A stretch of 32,000 nt of DNA from Candidatus Scalindua sp. (GCA_031316235.1 JALDRA010000001.1:4050001-4082000); one strand, 5' to 3'. Shown: positions 8,729 through 17,898, counted from the stretch's first letter. Numbers and translations are program-made. The notes: generated by a model from the sequence alone, not told the origin.

Positions 8729-9580
8729 TCATTTTGCCTTCAACATACTACGCAGAACGAGGCAGGACTCTTTCTTCGGCAACTTCAGTATTTCCCGATA
8801 GAGCGCAACCATTATGTGACAGAATTTTCTTTTATCTATCCCCGGCGCATGAGGATTTTCCAGGAGCAGTGCGTCATCACCATATGTTTCGTGAAGATTA
8901 ATAATGATGTTTTGTATGAAAGCATCATATTCCGGAAAATCCTGGATGTCCTCAGAAGCCTCTGCCCCGGTTCTTATCACGGAAGCTAATGCATCCAGAT
9001 CAGCTTGCTGTGTTTCCGGCTTGATATATTGTGTCACGTCAATGGTTCCGTACTGCTTCGGAAACAAAAACTTATAGCAAAGTTCAGGACTTTGATGGGC
9101 CAGCTCTTCAATTTCCAGGATTACCACATTCATGTAATCAAGCAATGCCTGATCAGAGGAGAGGGGAAGATACTTTTCCACCAATTCGCTGATAATGAAC
9201 CGGATTCGCTGAATAATTTGAGATTGACTCTCCCCTTTTATCACTGATTTCCGGATCTCATCCTTTATACGTTGATACGTTTCCGCATCATACATTGATA
9301 TCTGCTTGTAAGCGGGGATTTCAGCCAGAGATACTTCCAGAGCATTGAGAAATTTCTCTGTTTTTTCAGCCTGAGATACTTCCAGAGCATTGAGAGGTTT
9401 CTCTCTTGTTGTTGTTGGCTTTATAATGAAACTCATTGTCGCATAACAAACTGCACAAGACGTAAAAAAAACAATTGTATAGAGCCCCCACCTCTCTTTG
9501 GGTTTCCGTACCACAAGAAATACAATCCCTGTTGCCAATGCTCCAAATGCCCCTGCAATCCCGGTAGATATCCAATCCAC
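8729..9580 (-). CDS. Hypothetical membrane-anchored protein (two N-terminal TM helices)
   Basis: 283-aa ORF with TM segments GIAGAFGALATGIVFLVV and LYTIVFFTSCAVCYATMSFII. Internal 15-aa duplication. No recognised catalytic motif. Confidence 0.55.
   Translation of the reverse strand: MDWISTGIAGAFGALATGIVFLVVRKPKERWGLYTIVFFTSCAVCYATMSFIIKPTTTREKPLNALEVSQAEKTEKFLNALEVSLAEIPAYKQISMYDAETYQRIKDEIRKSVIKGESQSQIIQRIRFIISELVEKYLPLSSDQALLDYMNVVILEIEELAHQSPELCYKFLFPKQYGTIDVTQYIKPETQQADLDALASVIRTGAEASEDIQDFPEYDAFIQNIIINLHETYGDDALLLENPHAPGIDKRKFCHIMVALYREILKLPKKESCLVLRSMLKAK
9321..9410 (-). repeat. In-frame 45-bp tandem duplication (2 units) inside the 283-aa ORF
   Basis: Units 9321-9365 and 9366-9410 share tcagcc.gagatacttccagagcattgaga..tttctct. 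They encode EKPLNALEVSQAEKT / EKFLNALEVSLAEIP. Confidence 0.8.
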
Positions 9581-9726
9581 TATACCCCTCCTGTCTCTTC
9601 TTTTTATAAAAAAGTATCTCTTGATAAATTTACAAAATCAACCATCCGAACGCTGTATCAGTAAAGACATGAAATTTATGATCATAATAACTGCATTCAT
9701 GATCCGTTGCGGCTGCAGAGCCATGA

Positions 9727-9894
9727 ATATATTAAAACCGATCTGGTTTTATATTTTTCTACAAACCAAAGGCTGGTTAGCGGTATCCCCGGACAAAAAC
9801 CGCCGAGGACTTTCCCCGGACCAGGCGCCGAGGACTTAACTCACTCATTCTTATCTCGGATTTTATCCGAAAACTCTTATGATACGGGTATATA
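9727..9894 (-). repeat. Intergenic modular repeat, copy D (L+M+M+R, M module duplicated)
   Basis: atatattaaaaccgatctggtttt...ggtatccccggacaaaaaccgccgaggactt|tccccggaccaggcgccgaggactt aactcactc...tctcggattttatccgaaaac...gggtatata. Confidence 0.85.
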
Positions 9895-10015
9895 AGCCAA
9901 TATGTGCAGTTGGATTATAATACAATATTTCTCATTTGTAAATGCACAGTTCTTTGATTTATTGCATCCTGCACCCAGACGTTATTCAGGCGGGAATCAA
10001 CCTGGCAGGTCAAAC

Positions 10016-10130
10016 ATATACGAAACCAGATCTTGGTGAAGGTATCCCCGGACAAAAAGCGCCGAGGACTTTACTCGCTCAATGTTATCTCGGATTTTAT
10101 CCGAAATCCAGTATGAGATGAGTATATCTG
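10016..10130 (-). repeat. Intergenic modular repeat, copy E (L+M+half R)
   Basis: atatacgaaaccagatcttggtgaaggtatccccggacaaaaagcgccgaggactttactcgctcaatgttatctcggattttatccgaaatccagtatgagatgagtatatctg. Confidence 0.88.
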
Positions 10131-10370
10131 CTTTATAAGAATGAAAACCCTGTGTCTGAACCAGAACTGCCCAGGTACAAGGCGCGAAATAATTACGTAA
10201 CCTGAGCGTACTCCAGTGCTTGAGGGTAACGTCATTATTGCAGCAACGATGTAGATGGGTAGTTTTCGTGCAAATACTATTTAATTGAAATAACCGGGTT
10301 ATCCTGTATCATGTCTCTTTTGTCCATATCTCAATAAAGAGAAAAGCATAGCGGACTTTCAAGGCTCCAG

Positions 10371-11177
10371 ATGGAAAAAAATGAAAAACGAGAGCTGTTC
10401 ATCATAAATGGCAGAACATTTACCGTATATAAATATGCCAGACTTGACTCAACGAATACGTTCCTGAGACAACGCTGCATGGAGCTGGAGGAGTATTCAG
10501 TCGTCTGGGCAGAAGAACAGACAAAGGGAAGAGGGCGTTTCGATCGGGTCTGGTATTCCAGCCCGGGAAAGGACCTTACAATTTCAATTCTGCTGCCTCT
10601 TGATCCCCAGGTGGTAAAGTACAGGCAGAATATCACACAGATTACAGCCCTGGCGGTGGCCAGGCTATTGGAACATTACGGATTGAAACCAGATCTGAAA
10701 TGGCCGAATGATGTGCTGGTAAATAATGGGAAAATATGCGGCATACTCTGTGAAATAGTTGAAACCGGAGAGAAAACATACGCTGTTCTCGGAATAGGCC
10801 TCAACGTAAACAGTACTTACAGCACCTCGCCGTATTATGACTCTTTTATAACCTCAATACAAAAAGAGTTGAGATCAGCAGTAAATCGTCGTGAAGTACT
10901 TCAAAGACTCCTGACCTTAATCTGCAGGAGTTTTGATGAGCTTGGCAGAACAGGTTTCAGCCAGAGCAGAAAGGAGATAAAGAAGAGATTATTATTTGTC
11001 CGTGACAGGATTGTCATCAGGGATGGAACAAAAAATTCACATTCGGGGAAGATCCTGGATCTCAACCATGATGGGTCACTCCTCTTTCAATGCGAGGAGT
11101 GTAATATTATCAATATCAATTCCGGAGAGATAACGTTTCGTATTAATTCGGTTAACGATCGCTTTCATGATCAGTAG
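10371..11177 (+). CDS. birA: Biotin--[acetyl-CoA-carboxylase] ligase, group I (no N-terminal HTH)
   Basis: GRGRFDRVWYSSPGKDL (GRGRxGRxWxSPxG motif), KWPNDV..NGKK.CGIL, 268 aa. The only confident plus-strand gene. Confidence 0.88.
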   Translation: MEKNEKRELFIINGRTFTVYKYARLDSTNTFLRQRCMELEEYSVVWAEEQTKGRGRFDRVWYSSPGKDLTISILLPLDPQVVKYRQNITQITALAVARLLEHYGLKPDLKWPNDVLVNNGKICGILCEIVETGEKTYAVLGIGLNVNSTYSTSPYYDSFITSIQKELRSAVNRREVLQRLLTLICRSFDELGRTGFSQSRKEIKKRLLFVRDRIVIRDGTKNSHSGKILDLNHDGSLLFQCEECNIININSGEITFRINSVNDRFHDQ

Positions 11178-11239
11178 TAGAATTGTGTCTGTGGTATAAT
11201 TTTCATGGAGGTGTCATTTTCATGGTAGTATCGGTCATC

Positions 11240-11272
11240 TATACGAAAACTACTATGAGATGAGTATATCTG
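11240..11272 (-). repeat. Intergenic modular repeat, copy H (minimal / terminal fragment)
   Basis: tatacgaaaactactatgagatgagtatatctg matches the L-module terminus of copy E (ccgaaatccagtatgagatgagtatatctg). Confidence 0.6.
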
Positions 11273-11386
11273 TTAAACCGTTTGCTCATTATGCTATCAT
11301 TCTGCACTTCGCAATGCTTTCCCGCATGATGCGCATCGGCTCAACAGTATATTACTCAAAAAGTGCATTTTCATCTGATGAATCCA

Positions 11387-12358
11387 TTAATTTGTCGCAA
11401 TTATAAGAAATTTCACATACCAGAAATTTCTCGGATCTTTAATATTTATTACAGATACATTATCCTCATAATATACATCATAATACTCTTTGTCTCGATA
11501 GGGCAATATTGCCTTAATTTTACCACTCATTCTGTATATGGTTTTTGTTTTTTTCTCTTGTTTAAATTTAGACGAACTGCAATTCGGACCCAACGCATAG
11601 CTCTTACTGAATGGATTTAATTTGCTTATAATGGGAATACCTCTTTTTGCGACAATCCCCCTCTCTATCAATTCTTCACTATCACCAATTATATAGTAAA
11701 TTGTGTTGATTTCATCCTTCAGTGTAGTAATTTCCAACTCTTTCTTCGATAGTACCTGCTCTTTCGATACCAATTCATTTTTTAAATAACTTATTTTTGA
11801 ATTCTTCTCCTTTGCCAGCTCCGTATATGAGTTTATCTGGTTTGATAATTCGCCTTGTAAGTTTTCTAAATGAGCAATTTGACTTTTAAGGATATCAATA
11901 TTATTTTCCAGAGTATCAATTGTTGAGGTTTTTTCTTTAATAACTGCTTTCAAAGAAGATAACGATTCATTTGTCTGGTTATTGCTGTCTGCAAAAGAAT
12001 CAAGTTTCTTCTGCAATTCATCGGCTCTCTGTCTATGGATTTTCAGTGCATCGTAGAGCTCTTCTATGTCACTCAAAATCTCATCTTTTGCGCCAGCAGT
12101 TTTTTCTAAAGCATCTACATCAAATAATATCTGTTTCTTGTCATCGATTTTCAATTCAGTTTCGTGAATACTGTTTATCAGCGAGGTAACCGCATCGATC
12201 ACATCAGTGGTTGCTTCCAGACGGGTGCGTTGTTCCTGTAACTGCAAATGAGTGTTTTGTTTTTCATCTTCCAGCTCCTGAATCCTCTCTTTCATGTGTT
12301 CATTACCACATCCGAAAACACAAACAAGCATAATAGAGATTAATATTCGTTTGTTCAC
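11387..12358 (-). CDS. Coiled-coil lipoprotein (C-terminal domain reminiscent of Cbp1-type adhesins)
   Basis: Lipobox MLVCVFGC, then ~190 aa of heptad-rich E/K/L/Q sequence. The C-terminal YYIIGDSEELIERGIV....IKDPRNFWYVKFLII resembles the Cbp1-family tail as I recall it. Confidence 0.6.
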   Translation of the reverse strand: MNKRILISIMLVCVFGCGNEHMKERIQELEDEKQNTHLQLQEQRTRLEATTDVIDAVTSLINSIHETELKIDDKKQILFDVDALEKTAGAKDEILSDIEELYDALKIHRQRADELQKKLDSFADSNNQTNESLSSLKAVIKEKTSTIDTLENNIDILKSQIAHLENLQGELSNQINSYTELAKEKNSKISYLKNELVSKEQVLSKKELEITTLKDEINTIYYIIGDSEELIERGIVAKRGIPIISKLNPFSKSYALGPNCSSSKFKQEKKTKTIYRMSGKIKAILPYRDKEYYDVYYEDNVSVINIKDPRNFWYVKFLIIATN

Positions 12359-12699
12359 AATATATCTTCTCCTTCTTATTTAAGATTGTTAGAAAACGTA
12401 TGAGAAATCATGTTCAGGACCCGGGGAAAAATTTGCCATTTGCTATAAAACATGGATAATCTACTCATTCAACTTTGAGTTGTAAAGAGAAAATGTATGT
12501 ATACTGCAGCGTCTGCAAAGATGTTTTCATGCACAATAAAAGGCAAATCAGGGGCTTGGAATACCTGAACCCGGAACATGCTCTCTCTGCTTTGCAGGCA
12601 GCAGGCTTTCTTTTACCTGGCTGCACAGACAGCACCGGAACAGGTAAGATACACTGATGGGTAATGGTAAATATACACTATTTGATGTTTGATATCCAG

Positions 12700-12739
12700 A
12701 ATTAAAGTATATCAAATCTTGATTTGATATACTTTAATT
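12700..12739. repeat. Perfect 19-bp inverted repeat with 2-nt spacer
   Basis: aattaaagtatatcaaatc tt gatttgatatactttaatt. Each arm contains the repeat-family terminus motif agtatatc. The right arm is the end of copy F. Confidence 0.9.
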
Positions 12740-12868
12740 GATCTGGTTTTAGCTTTTTCAAAACCCCAAAGCCTGGTTAACGGTATCCCCGGACAAAAAA
12801 CGCCGAGGACTTTACTCACTCAGTTTTTTCTCGAATTTTATCCGAAAACCAATATAAGATGAGCATAA
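12726..12868 (-). repeat. Intergenic modular repeat, copy F (long form L+M+R)
   Basis: gatatactttaattgatctggttttagctttttcaaaaccccaaagcctggttaacggtatccccggacaaaaaacgccgaggactttactcactcagttttttctcgaattttatccgaaaaccaatataagatgagcata. Confidence 0.85.
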
Positions 12869-12953
12869 CCTGCTTTAATCGGCAGCTTTTCCAGGCGCAG
12901 CTATGAAAGACACTTAGTCACTCAAGAGGTAGTTTCCTGATTTTTGCGTATTG

Positions 12954-13457
12954 TTAACAACTCTTTAATTCAAAATACCTCCTTAATCCCTTTTTCATAG
13001 ATTCAAAGGCGAATTGTTCGTATTGTATTTCCTCGCCTGCAATCCATTGTGTTGCGGCAATCTCATCACCAATCGTTATTCGGGGTATCTCCTTTAACTG
13101 GAGAGAGTAAAAGAGATCGAGGGTATGATATTCTACCGACTTATAAAGATAGACATTGGGAAACGATCCGAGGTAATGCATTTCTGTAACGGGAATTTCC
13201 ACCTCTTCAAATATTTCCCGTTTCAAAGCTGATTCTGCAGACTCATTCATGTCTACAAACCCTCCGGGAAGCCCCAGCATGCCTTTGCATGGTTCATATT
13301 TTCTGACACAGGTAAGTATCTGATTACGGCACTCAATTATGGCCGCAACAGAAGCGGCAATATTTTGAAAGTAGGTAAAACCGCAAGATTCACAGAAAAA
13401 TTCATTTGCCCTTACATTTTTAAACCTGTCAGCCCCACAGCGCAAACAATAATTCAT
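12954..13457 (-). CDS. Nudix hydrolase with N-terminal zinc ribbon (NudC-like architecture)
   Basis: Nudix box GGFVDMNESAESALKREIFEEVEI. N-terminal CLRCG...CESCG. Confidence 0.8.
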   Translation of the reverse strand: MNYCLRCGADRFKNVRANEFFCESCGFTYFQNIAASVAAIIECRNQILTCVRKYEPCKGMLGLPGGFVDMNESAESALKREIFEEVEIPVTEMHYLGSFPNVYLYKSVEYHTLDLFYSLQLKEIPRITIGDEIAATQWIAGEEIQYEQFAFESMKKGLRRYFELKSC

Positions 13458-13545
13458 TTCCTACTCCTGCTCACTTAATTCCGGTGCCGTTATGTGTTCA
13501 GTCCCTGTTCCTGTACTTATCAAGCACGTAGTTTTCTTCCAACCA

Positions 13546-14814
13546 CTACTTGAGAAGCGGTGTGTCAAAGACACCAAGTTTGCCGGCAACAAGCTGCTCC
13601 GAGATTCGGCGAAGATCGTCGAGAGATACCCTGCCCTGCTTCATCAGTTCACGGGTGACGTCATCGATAGTGTGCTTTTCTTTCGTCAGTTGTCGAATCT
13701 CCTTGTCCAGGTCCTGAAAAAGGATGAGGGCCCGGGCAGTAACCGGGCCTTTCGAATGTTCTACTCGAAGGGTTGTTACCTCACGACTCCATCTCTTCAG
13801 CCAGTTTCTCACCTTCTGGTAACGGGCTTCTGTCATACCCCCGGCACGATAGATAAGTTCGATTGAATAGAATTCAGCGATTCCTTCTGCAATCCAGTCA
13901 TCATTCATCTTTCCCTGGATGTGAGTAACAACATGCACCAGTTCATGCAGCACCGGGCTCGTCGAATTTTTGGACACAATAGCTCTGTCAGCGTGCAGGA
14001 AAAATGAGTTGGGAGCAGATAATCCACCCCGCCACATCGGATCTCCTGCACCTACAACGAGTAATTTACGAGGCATCTTCCCAAACGCAAGCTCAGCTTC
14101 ACGCCAGATGAAATTGAAAAAAGTCAGTATTTCCATCCGACTGAAACCGAATCCTACCGGTGCAGACACGCAGATTTCAGTACCCCCGATAAAATCCCGT
14201 CGTGTAACCACTTTGCCAGCAATCATCCAGCCCACCGGACGATCAAAAAGACGCTCCTGATTGTCCACCGTGAAACTTCCATCGGCCTTCCTGGGCCAAC
14301 CAGTATCCACATCAGTCCAGCCTTCCGGTAATACGAAGTGCAGTTTTGCTTGCAGGTTTGTACCCTTAACCAACTGCACTTTTACTGTTGGGATCAGATC
14401 GTCACCACGAAATATCGCCCAATCGGGTGTCATGAGTGCATCATACCTCCCGTTCTTTCTCTGATGATTCACTTTTACCGTCATGTTCAGAACTGCCGGT
14501 CCGTCTGGAGGTTCCCAGATTGCACGTTCTCCACCGATCCTGAGCCTGCCGTCTGCTTCAAGATCAGAGAATCGGTCTGACTTGATATGGAAATCAAGCC
14601 AACGCAACTGTGCCCCGTCTTCCAGGCGAATCGATACTTGAGCCATATCAAGATCCGGTTTAAGTGTAACGGTATAATCAACACGGCAGGATTGATCCGA
14701 AGCCGCAGCTATCGCAGCCACACCAAGCGTCCAGCACATCACCAGCAGGCATAAAATAAAAATCCCCTTCCCTTTACATAATTTCTCTTTTTGTAGTATC
14801 TCTGTGTTTATCAT
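13546..14814 (-). CDS. Secreted gluzincin-type zinc metalloprotease (M1/M61-like active site)
   Basis: Signal/anchor GIFILCLLVMCWTLGVAAIAAA. HELVH followed by WIAEGIAEFY, which parallels the HExxH...WLNEGFA.Y arrangement of M1-type gluzincins. Confidence 0.65.
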   Translation of the reverse strand: MINTEILQKEKLCKGKGIFILCLLVMCWTLGVAAIAAASDQSCRVDYTVTLKPDLDMAQVSIRLEDGAQLRWLDFHIKSDRFSDLEADGRLRIGGERAIWEPPDGPAVLNMTVKVNHQRKNGRYDALMTPDWAIFRGDDLIPTVKVQLVKGTNLQAKLHFVLPEGWTDVDTGWPRKADGSFTVDNQERLFDRPVGWMIAGKVVTRRDFIGGTEICVSAPVGFGFSRMEILTFFNFIWREAELAFGKMPRKLLVVGAGDPMWRGGLSAPNSFFLHADRAIVSKNSTSPVLHELVHVVTHIQGKMNDDWIAEGIAEFYSIELIYRAGGMTEARYQKVRNWLKRWSREVTTLRVEHSKGPVTARALILFQDLDKEIRQLTKEKHTIDDVTRELMKQGRVSLDDLRRISEQLVAGKLGVFDTPLLK

Positions 14815-14918
14815 TTTGTTGATAGAAAATCCGGCTCCTGAACGAAATACTTCCTGACCCGAACGAGCAGGAAAAGGATTCCAGGTTTACGATTCTCGCT
14901 TTTTTTTAACGAAGTCTA

Positions 14919-15524
14919 TTAAAATTTTTTAAATGTAAGCAGGTATTGGTCATAAAGAGTAGTTGGTTTGTCCTTAAGGTTAAAACCAGCTTCTGTCATT
15001 TCAACTATTACCTGCTCTTCAGAAACGGTACGACGTCCCTGGCCAAAACTCGGCGCCATATCGGCGATTGCAACAACAGTTTCTTCCTGAATAAAGGGAT
15101 AAACTTTTTCACGAAAGTATTGTACCGGCTTATCGAAATGAAAGTAAGTATAGCCGATAAAGAGCAGCTCAATTTCACAATTGAGCTGGTCAAGCCCCGG
15201 GTCTTCCTTTTCAATCTGATAAATGGATACATTAACTAAGGCATCTCTCCTTTTCCGCTCTTCAAGCCAGCAGATCAGCGACTTTTCCGAATCAAGCGCA
15301 ATGATTTTTCCTTCAGGCAGATGCCTGGAAAACAGGTCTGCAAAATACCCTGTCCCTGCACCGAGATCTACCACTGTCATTTCCGGCTGAATTAACAGCC
15401 TGGCCAGAATATCGGGCCTCTGCCACTGTGCCCGGTTCGTATCCATAACCGCGGCACAGAAGTTTGCATCGTCATAAGAAGGAATACAACCCTCGAAACG
15501 TCCTGTATCAGTATTTGTTTTCAT
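14919..15524 (-). CDS. Class I SAM-dependent methyltransferase
   Basis: Motif I VVDLGAGTGYFA, downstream acidic loop IIALDSE, 201 aa. Confidence 0.75.
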   Translation of the reverse strand: MKTNTDTGRFEGCIPSYDDANFCAAVMDTNRAQWQRPDILARLLIQPEMTVVDLGAGTGYFADLFSRHLPEGKIIALDSEKSLICWLEERKRRDALVNVSIYQIEKEDPGLDQLNCEIELLFIGYTYFHFDKPVQYFREKVYPFIQEETVVAIADMAPSFGQGRRTVSEEQVIVEMTEAGFNLKDKPTTLYDQYLLTFKKF

Positions 15525-15857
15525 TTCTCTCCAGCGCGGATAAATGAAAACTATCTATCTGCCGCGCTGCTGTAATAATGCTGTAATAATTACGCAATCC
15601 TCACCCTTATCCGTACTTCCCCTTTACGAAATTGCTGCTCGTCCTGCATCCTGACCAGAGATTACCGGCAACCAGCATAACCACCGATCCTGAGTACAAC
15701 GAATACCATGTAAGCAGCAGGGTAAATCATGAACTGCGATTGGTCAAATATTTTTATCAAGGTACTGCTTAAAAATGTATTAACATTAAACATCACTCTT
15801 GTCAAATTTTTTATTTACCAGTAAGAAACCTGACCCGTGGATCATGTTTCGTGTTGA

Positions 15858-15944
15858 CATACTCATCTTATACTGGATTTCGGATAAAATCCGAGAAAAA
15901 ACGGAGCGAGTCTACCAGCAACCAGACTTTGGTTTTAGTATATA
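15858..15944 (+). repeat. Intergenic modular repeat, copy G (L + half R)
   Basis: catactcatcttatactggatttcggataaaatccgagaaaaaacggagcgagtctaccagcaaccagactttggttttagtatata. Confidence 0.85.
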
Positions 15945-15999
15945 ACCAGCAGGTCACTGGTACAACGGGCCTGCCATTCAATTCTTCAAGCAATGATTA

Positions 16000-17898
16000 T
16001 TAATCATGTGACCGGATACCACGATGAAAGTAGCCATATACAGCCTCTGCATCTTTAGGGGTGATACTCTTTACCTTCTTCAGCTGATCTATCGAGGCAT
16101 TGCGAACACCTTGTACATTCCCGAGTGTTTTTAACAGATTTTTCTTTTTGATAGTCCCGATTCCAGAGATCTTATCGAGCGGTGATACATAATAGTGCTT
16201 CCTCCGCAGCTTCGTATGGTAGGCGAGTGCGAAACGGTGGGCTTCATCTCGAGCGTTTTGCAGAAGCCTCAATTCTGAAGATTCCTGATCGAGGATAATG
16301 GGTTCCCCCATACCTCGTACAAAGACCCGTTCCTCCTTCTTTCGCTTCAGTCCGTTGTTCTCACAACTCTCACTTTTTGCCTTGGCAAGCGCGACAACAT
16401 CCACACCATCAACACCCAATTCCTCAAACACCCTGACGGCCATGCCCAACTGCCCCTTCCCCCCATCGACAATCGTAAGATCGGGAAAATCATCATCCTT
16501 AAATGCACGGGAATATCTCCTCGTGAGCACCTCATACATCATACCATAATCATCCGATTGCGTTACCGTCTTCACCTTGTACCTCTTATAGTTAGTCTTT
16601 GCCGGTCTTCCCCCTTCAAATGTTACCAGAGAGCCTACTGAATGTTTTCCTCCGATATTTGAGATATCAAAACACTCAATCCTGTTTGGCACATTCTTCA
16701 AATGTAACTTCCTCTTTAATGAACTGAGTGTCGCTCCAATGTTTTCGCCCCCTGCATCTTGAATCCTGAATGCATTGGCAGCATTTCTTATCGCCAGTTC
16801 AAGCAGCTTATGTTTTTCTCCCCGCTGTGGGAATATAACATGAACCCTCTTTCCTTTTTGTTCGCTGAGAAGCTCTTCTAATATCTCCTTATCAGTACTT
16901 TCAATCGGAACGACAACCTCGTCCGGAATAAATCTCCTCTGACCATAAAACTGATTCAGAAAAGAGCGGAAAATATCGTCCCGCGAATTATTCAAAGTGG
17001 AAAACCTATATGATGCAATGTTCTCAAGATTTCCATTTCTTATGAACATCACCTGAATCTGAATATTTTTATCCTCTTTATAGTAACCGAATACATCCCT
17101 GTCTACAAACTCTATGGTATGGATCTTCTGTCTCTCTGCTGTCTTTTCAATAGCAGCAATGGTGTCCCGAATCTTTGCTGCCATCTCGTATCTCATAGCC
17201 ACTGACTCTCTCTCCATCTTTCCCCTTAACACCTTCAGCAGTTCATTGTTCCTGCCTTTCAATAAGAGGATTACCTCTTCGATCATCTCCTTGTAGGATT
17301 TTTCATCGATCAGATCGCAGCAGGGGGCAACGCACCTTCCAATCTGATGATAGAGGCAGGGTCTCACCCTGCCCTTGAAGACGTTTTGAGAACATTTACG
17401 TATGGGAAATAAACTATTTATATACCTTAACGTCTCCCGCACTGAATGTGACGAGGAGTAGGGACCGAAATACAAGATCTTATTCTTTTTACCGGTTCCA
17501 TTGGCCAAAGGACCTGGATCCTCAATCTGCCTGATTACAACTGGATACGGAAATTTCTCCTGTAAATCAAGTTTAATGGAAACAAACGTTTTATCATCAC
17601 GCAGGTTGATATTAAATCTAGGTTTGAAGTGCTTGATTAAGTTGTTCTCAAGAATAAGGGCCTCTTTCTCCGTATCCGTCAGGACAAACTCAATATCCGC
17701 AATCCTTTTAACGAGAAAGTCAATAAACAGCCGTTCATCTCTTGTTCCCTGAAAGTAGCTCCTCACCCGGTTTTTCAGATTTTTCGCCTTACCTACATAG
17801 ATAACCTTACTCATCGAGTCCTTCATGAGGTAGACGCCTGCACCGGTAGGAATAGTTTCTAATTTCCCTGATAAAACAGCATTTTTTTCCGCAATCAT
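16000..17898 (-). CDS. uvrC: Excinuclease ABC subunit C
   Basis: GIY-YIG region GVYLMKD...VIYVGKAKNLKNRVRSYF, a UVR domain, the endonuclease region, and C-terminal (HhH)2 GIGTIKKKNLLKTLG. The open frame continues to the ATG at 18033, but the extra 45 codons are not UvrC-like. Confidence 0.9.
   Translation of the reverse strand: MIAEKNAVLSGKLETIPTGAGVYLMKDSMSKVIYVGKAKNLKNRVRSYFQGTRDERLFIDFLVKRIADIEFVLTDTEKEALILENNLIKHFKPRFNINLRDDKTFVSIKLDLQEKFPYPVVIRQIEDPGPLANGTGKKNKILYFGPYSSSHSVRETLRYINSLFPIRKCSQNVFKGRVRPCLYHQIGRCVAPCCDLIDEKSYKEMIEEVILLLKGRNNELLKVLRGKMERESVAMRYEMAAKIRDTIAAIEKTAERQKIHTIEFVDRDVFGYYKEDKNIQIQVMFIRNGNLENIASYRFSTLNNSRDDIFRSFLNQFYGQRRFIPDEVVVPIESTDKEILEELLSEQKGKRVHVIFPQRGEKHKLLELAIRNAANAFRIQDAGGENIGATLSSLKRKLHLKNVPNRIECFDISNIGGKHSVGSLVTFEGGRPAKTNYKRYKVKTVTQSDDYGMMYEVLTRRYSRAFKDDDFPDLTIVDGGKGQLGMAVRVFEELGVDGVDVVALAKAKSESCENNGLKRKKEERVFVRGMGEPIILDQESSELRLLQNARDEAHRFALAYHTKLRRKHYYVSPLDKISGIGTIKKKNLLKTLGNVQGVRNASIDQLKKVKSITPKDAEAVYGYFHRGIRSHD

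Noticed and set aside
10331-10636. 101-aa minus-strand ORF overlapping the birA 5' end
   Set aside because: Antisense to birA, which has the diagnostic GRGRxGRxWxSPxG motif. No motifs of its own.
12475-12657. 60-aa plus-strand ORF (…MYVYCSVCKDVFMHNKRQ…)
   Set aside because: TTG start, a single CxxC only, no SD, and it lies in a repeat-bearing intergenic region on the minority strand. Insufficient evidence for a gene.
2865-15944. Could the recurring intergenic repeats be a CRISPR array or an integron attC cassette array (gene-repeat-gene pattern)?
   Set aside because: The copies are 30-170 bp, of variable architecture, in both orientations, and separated by kilobases of housekeeping genes (trkA, trkH, birA, uvrC) rather than short uniform spacers. 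No cas or intI gene is present, and I could not find the attC R''/R' core sites (RYYYAAC/GTTRRRY) at the ends.
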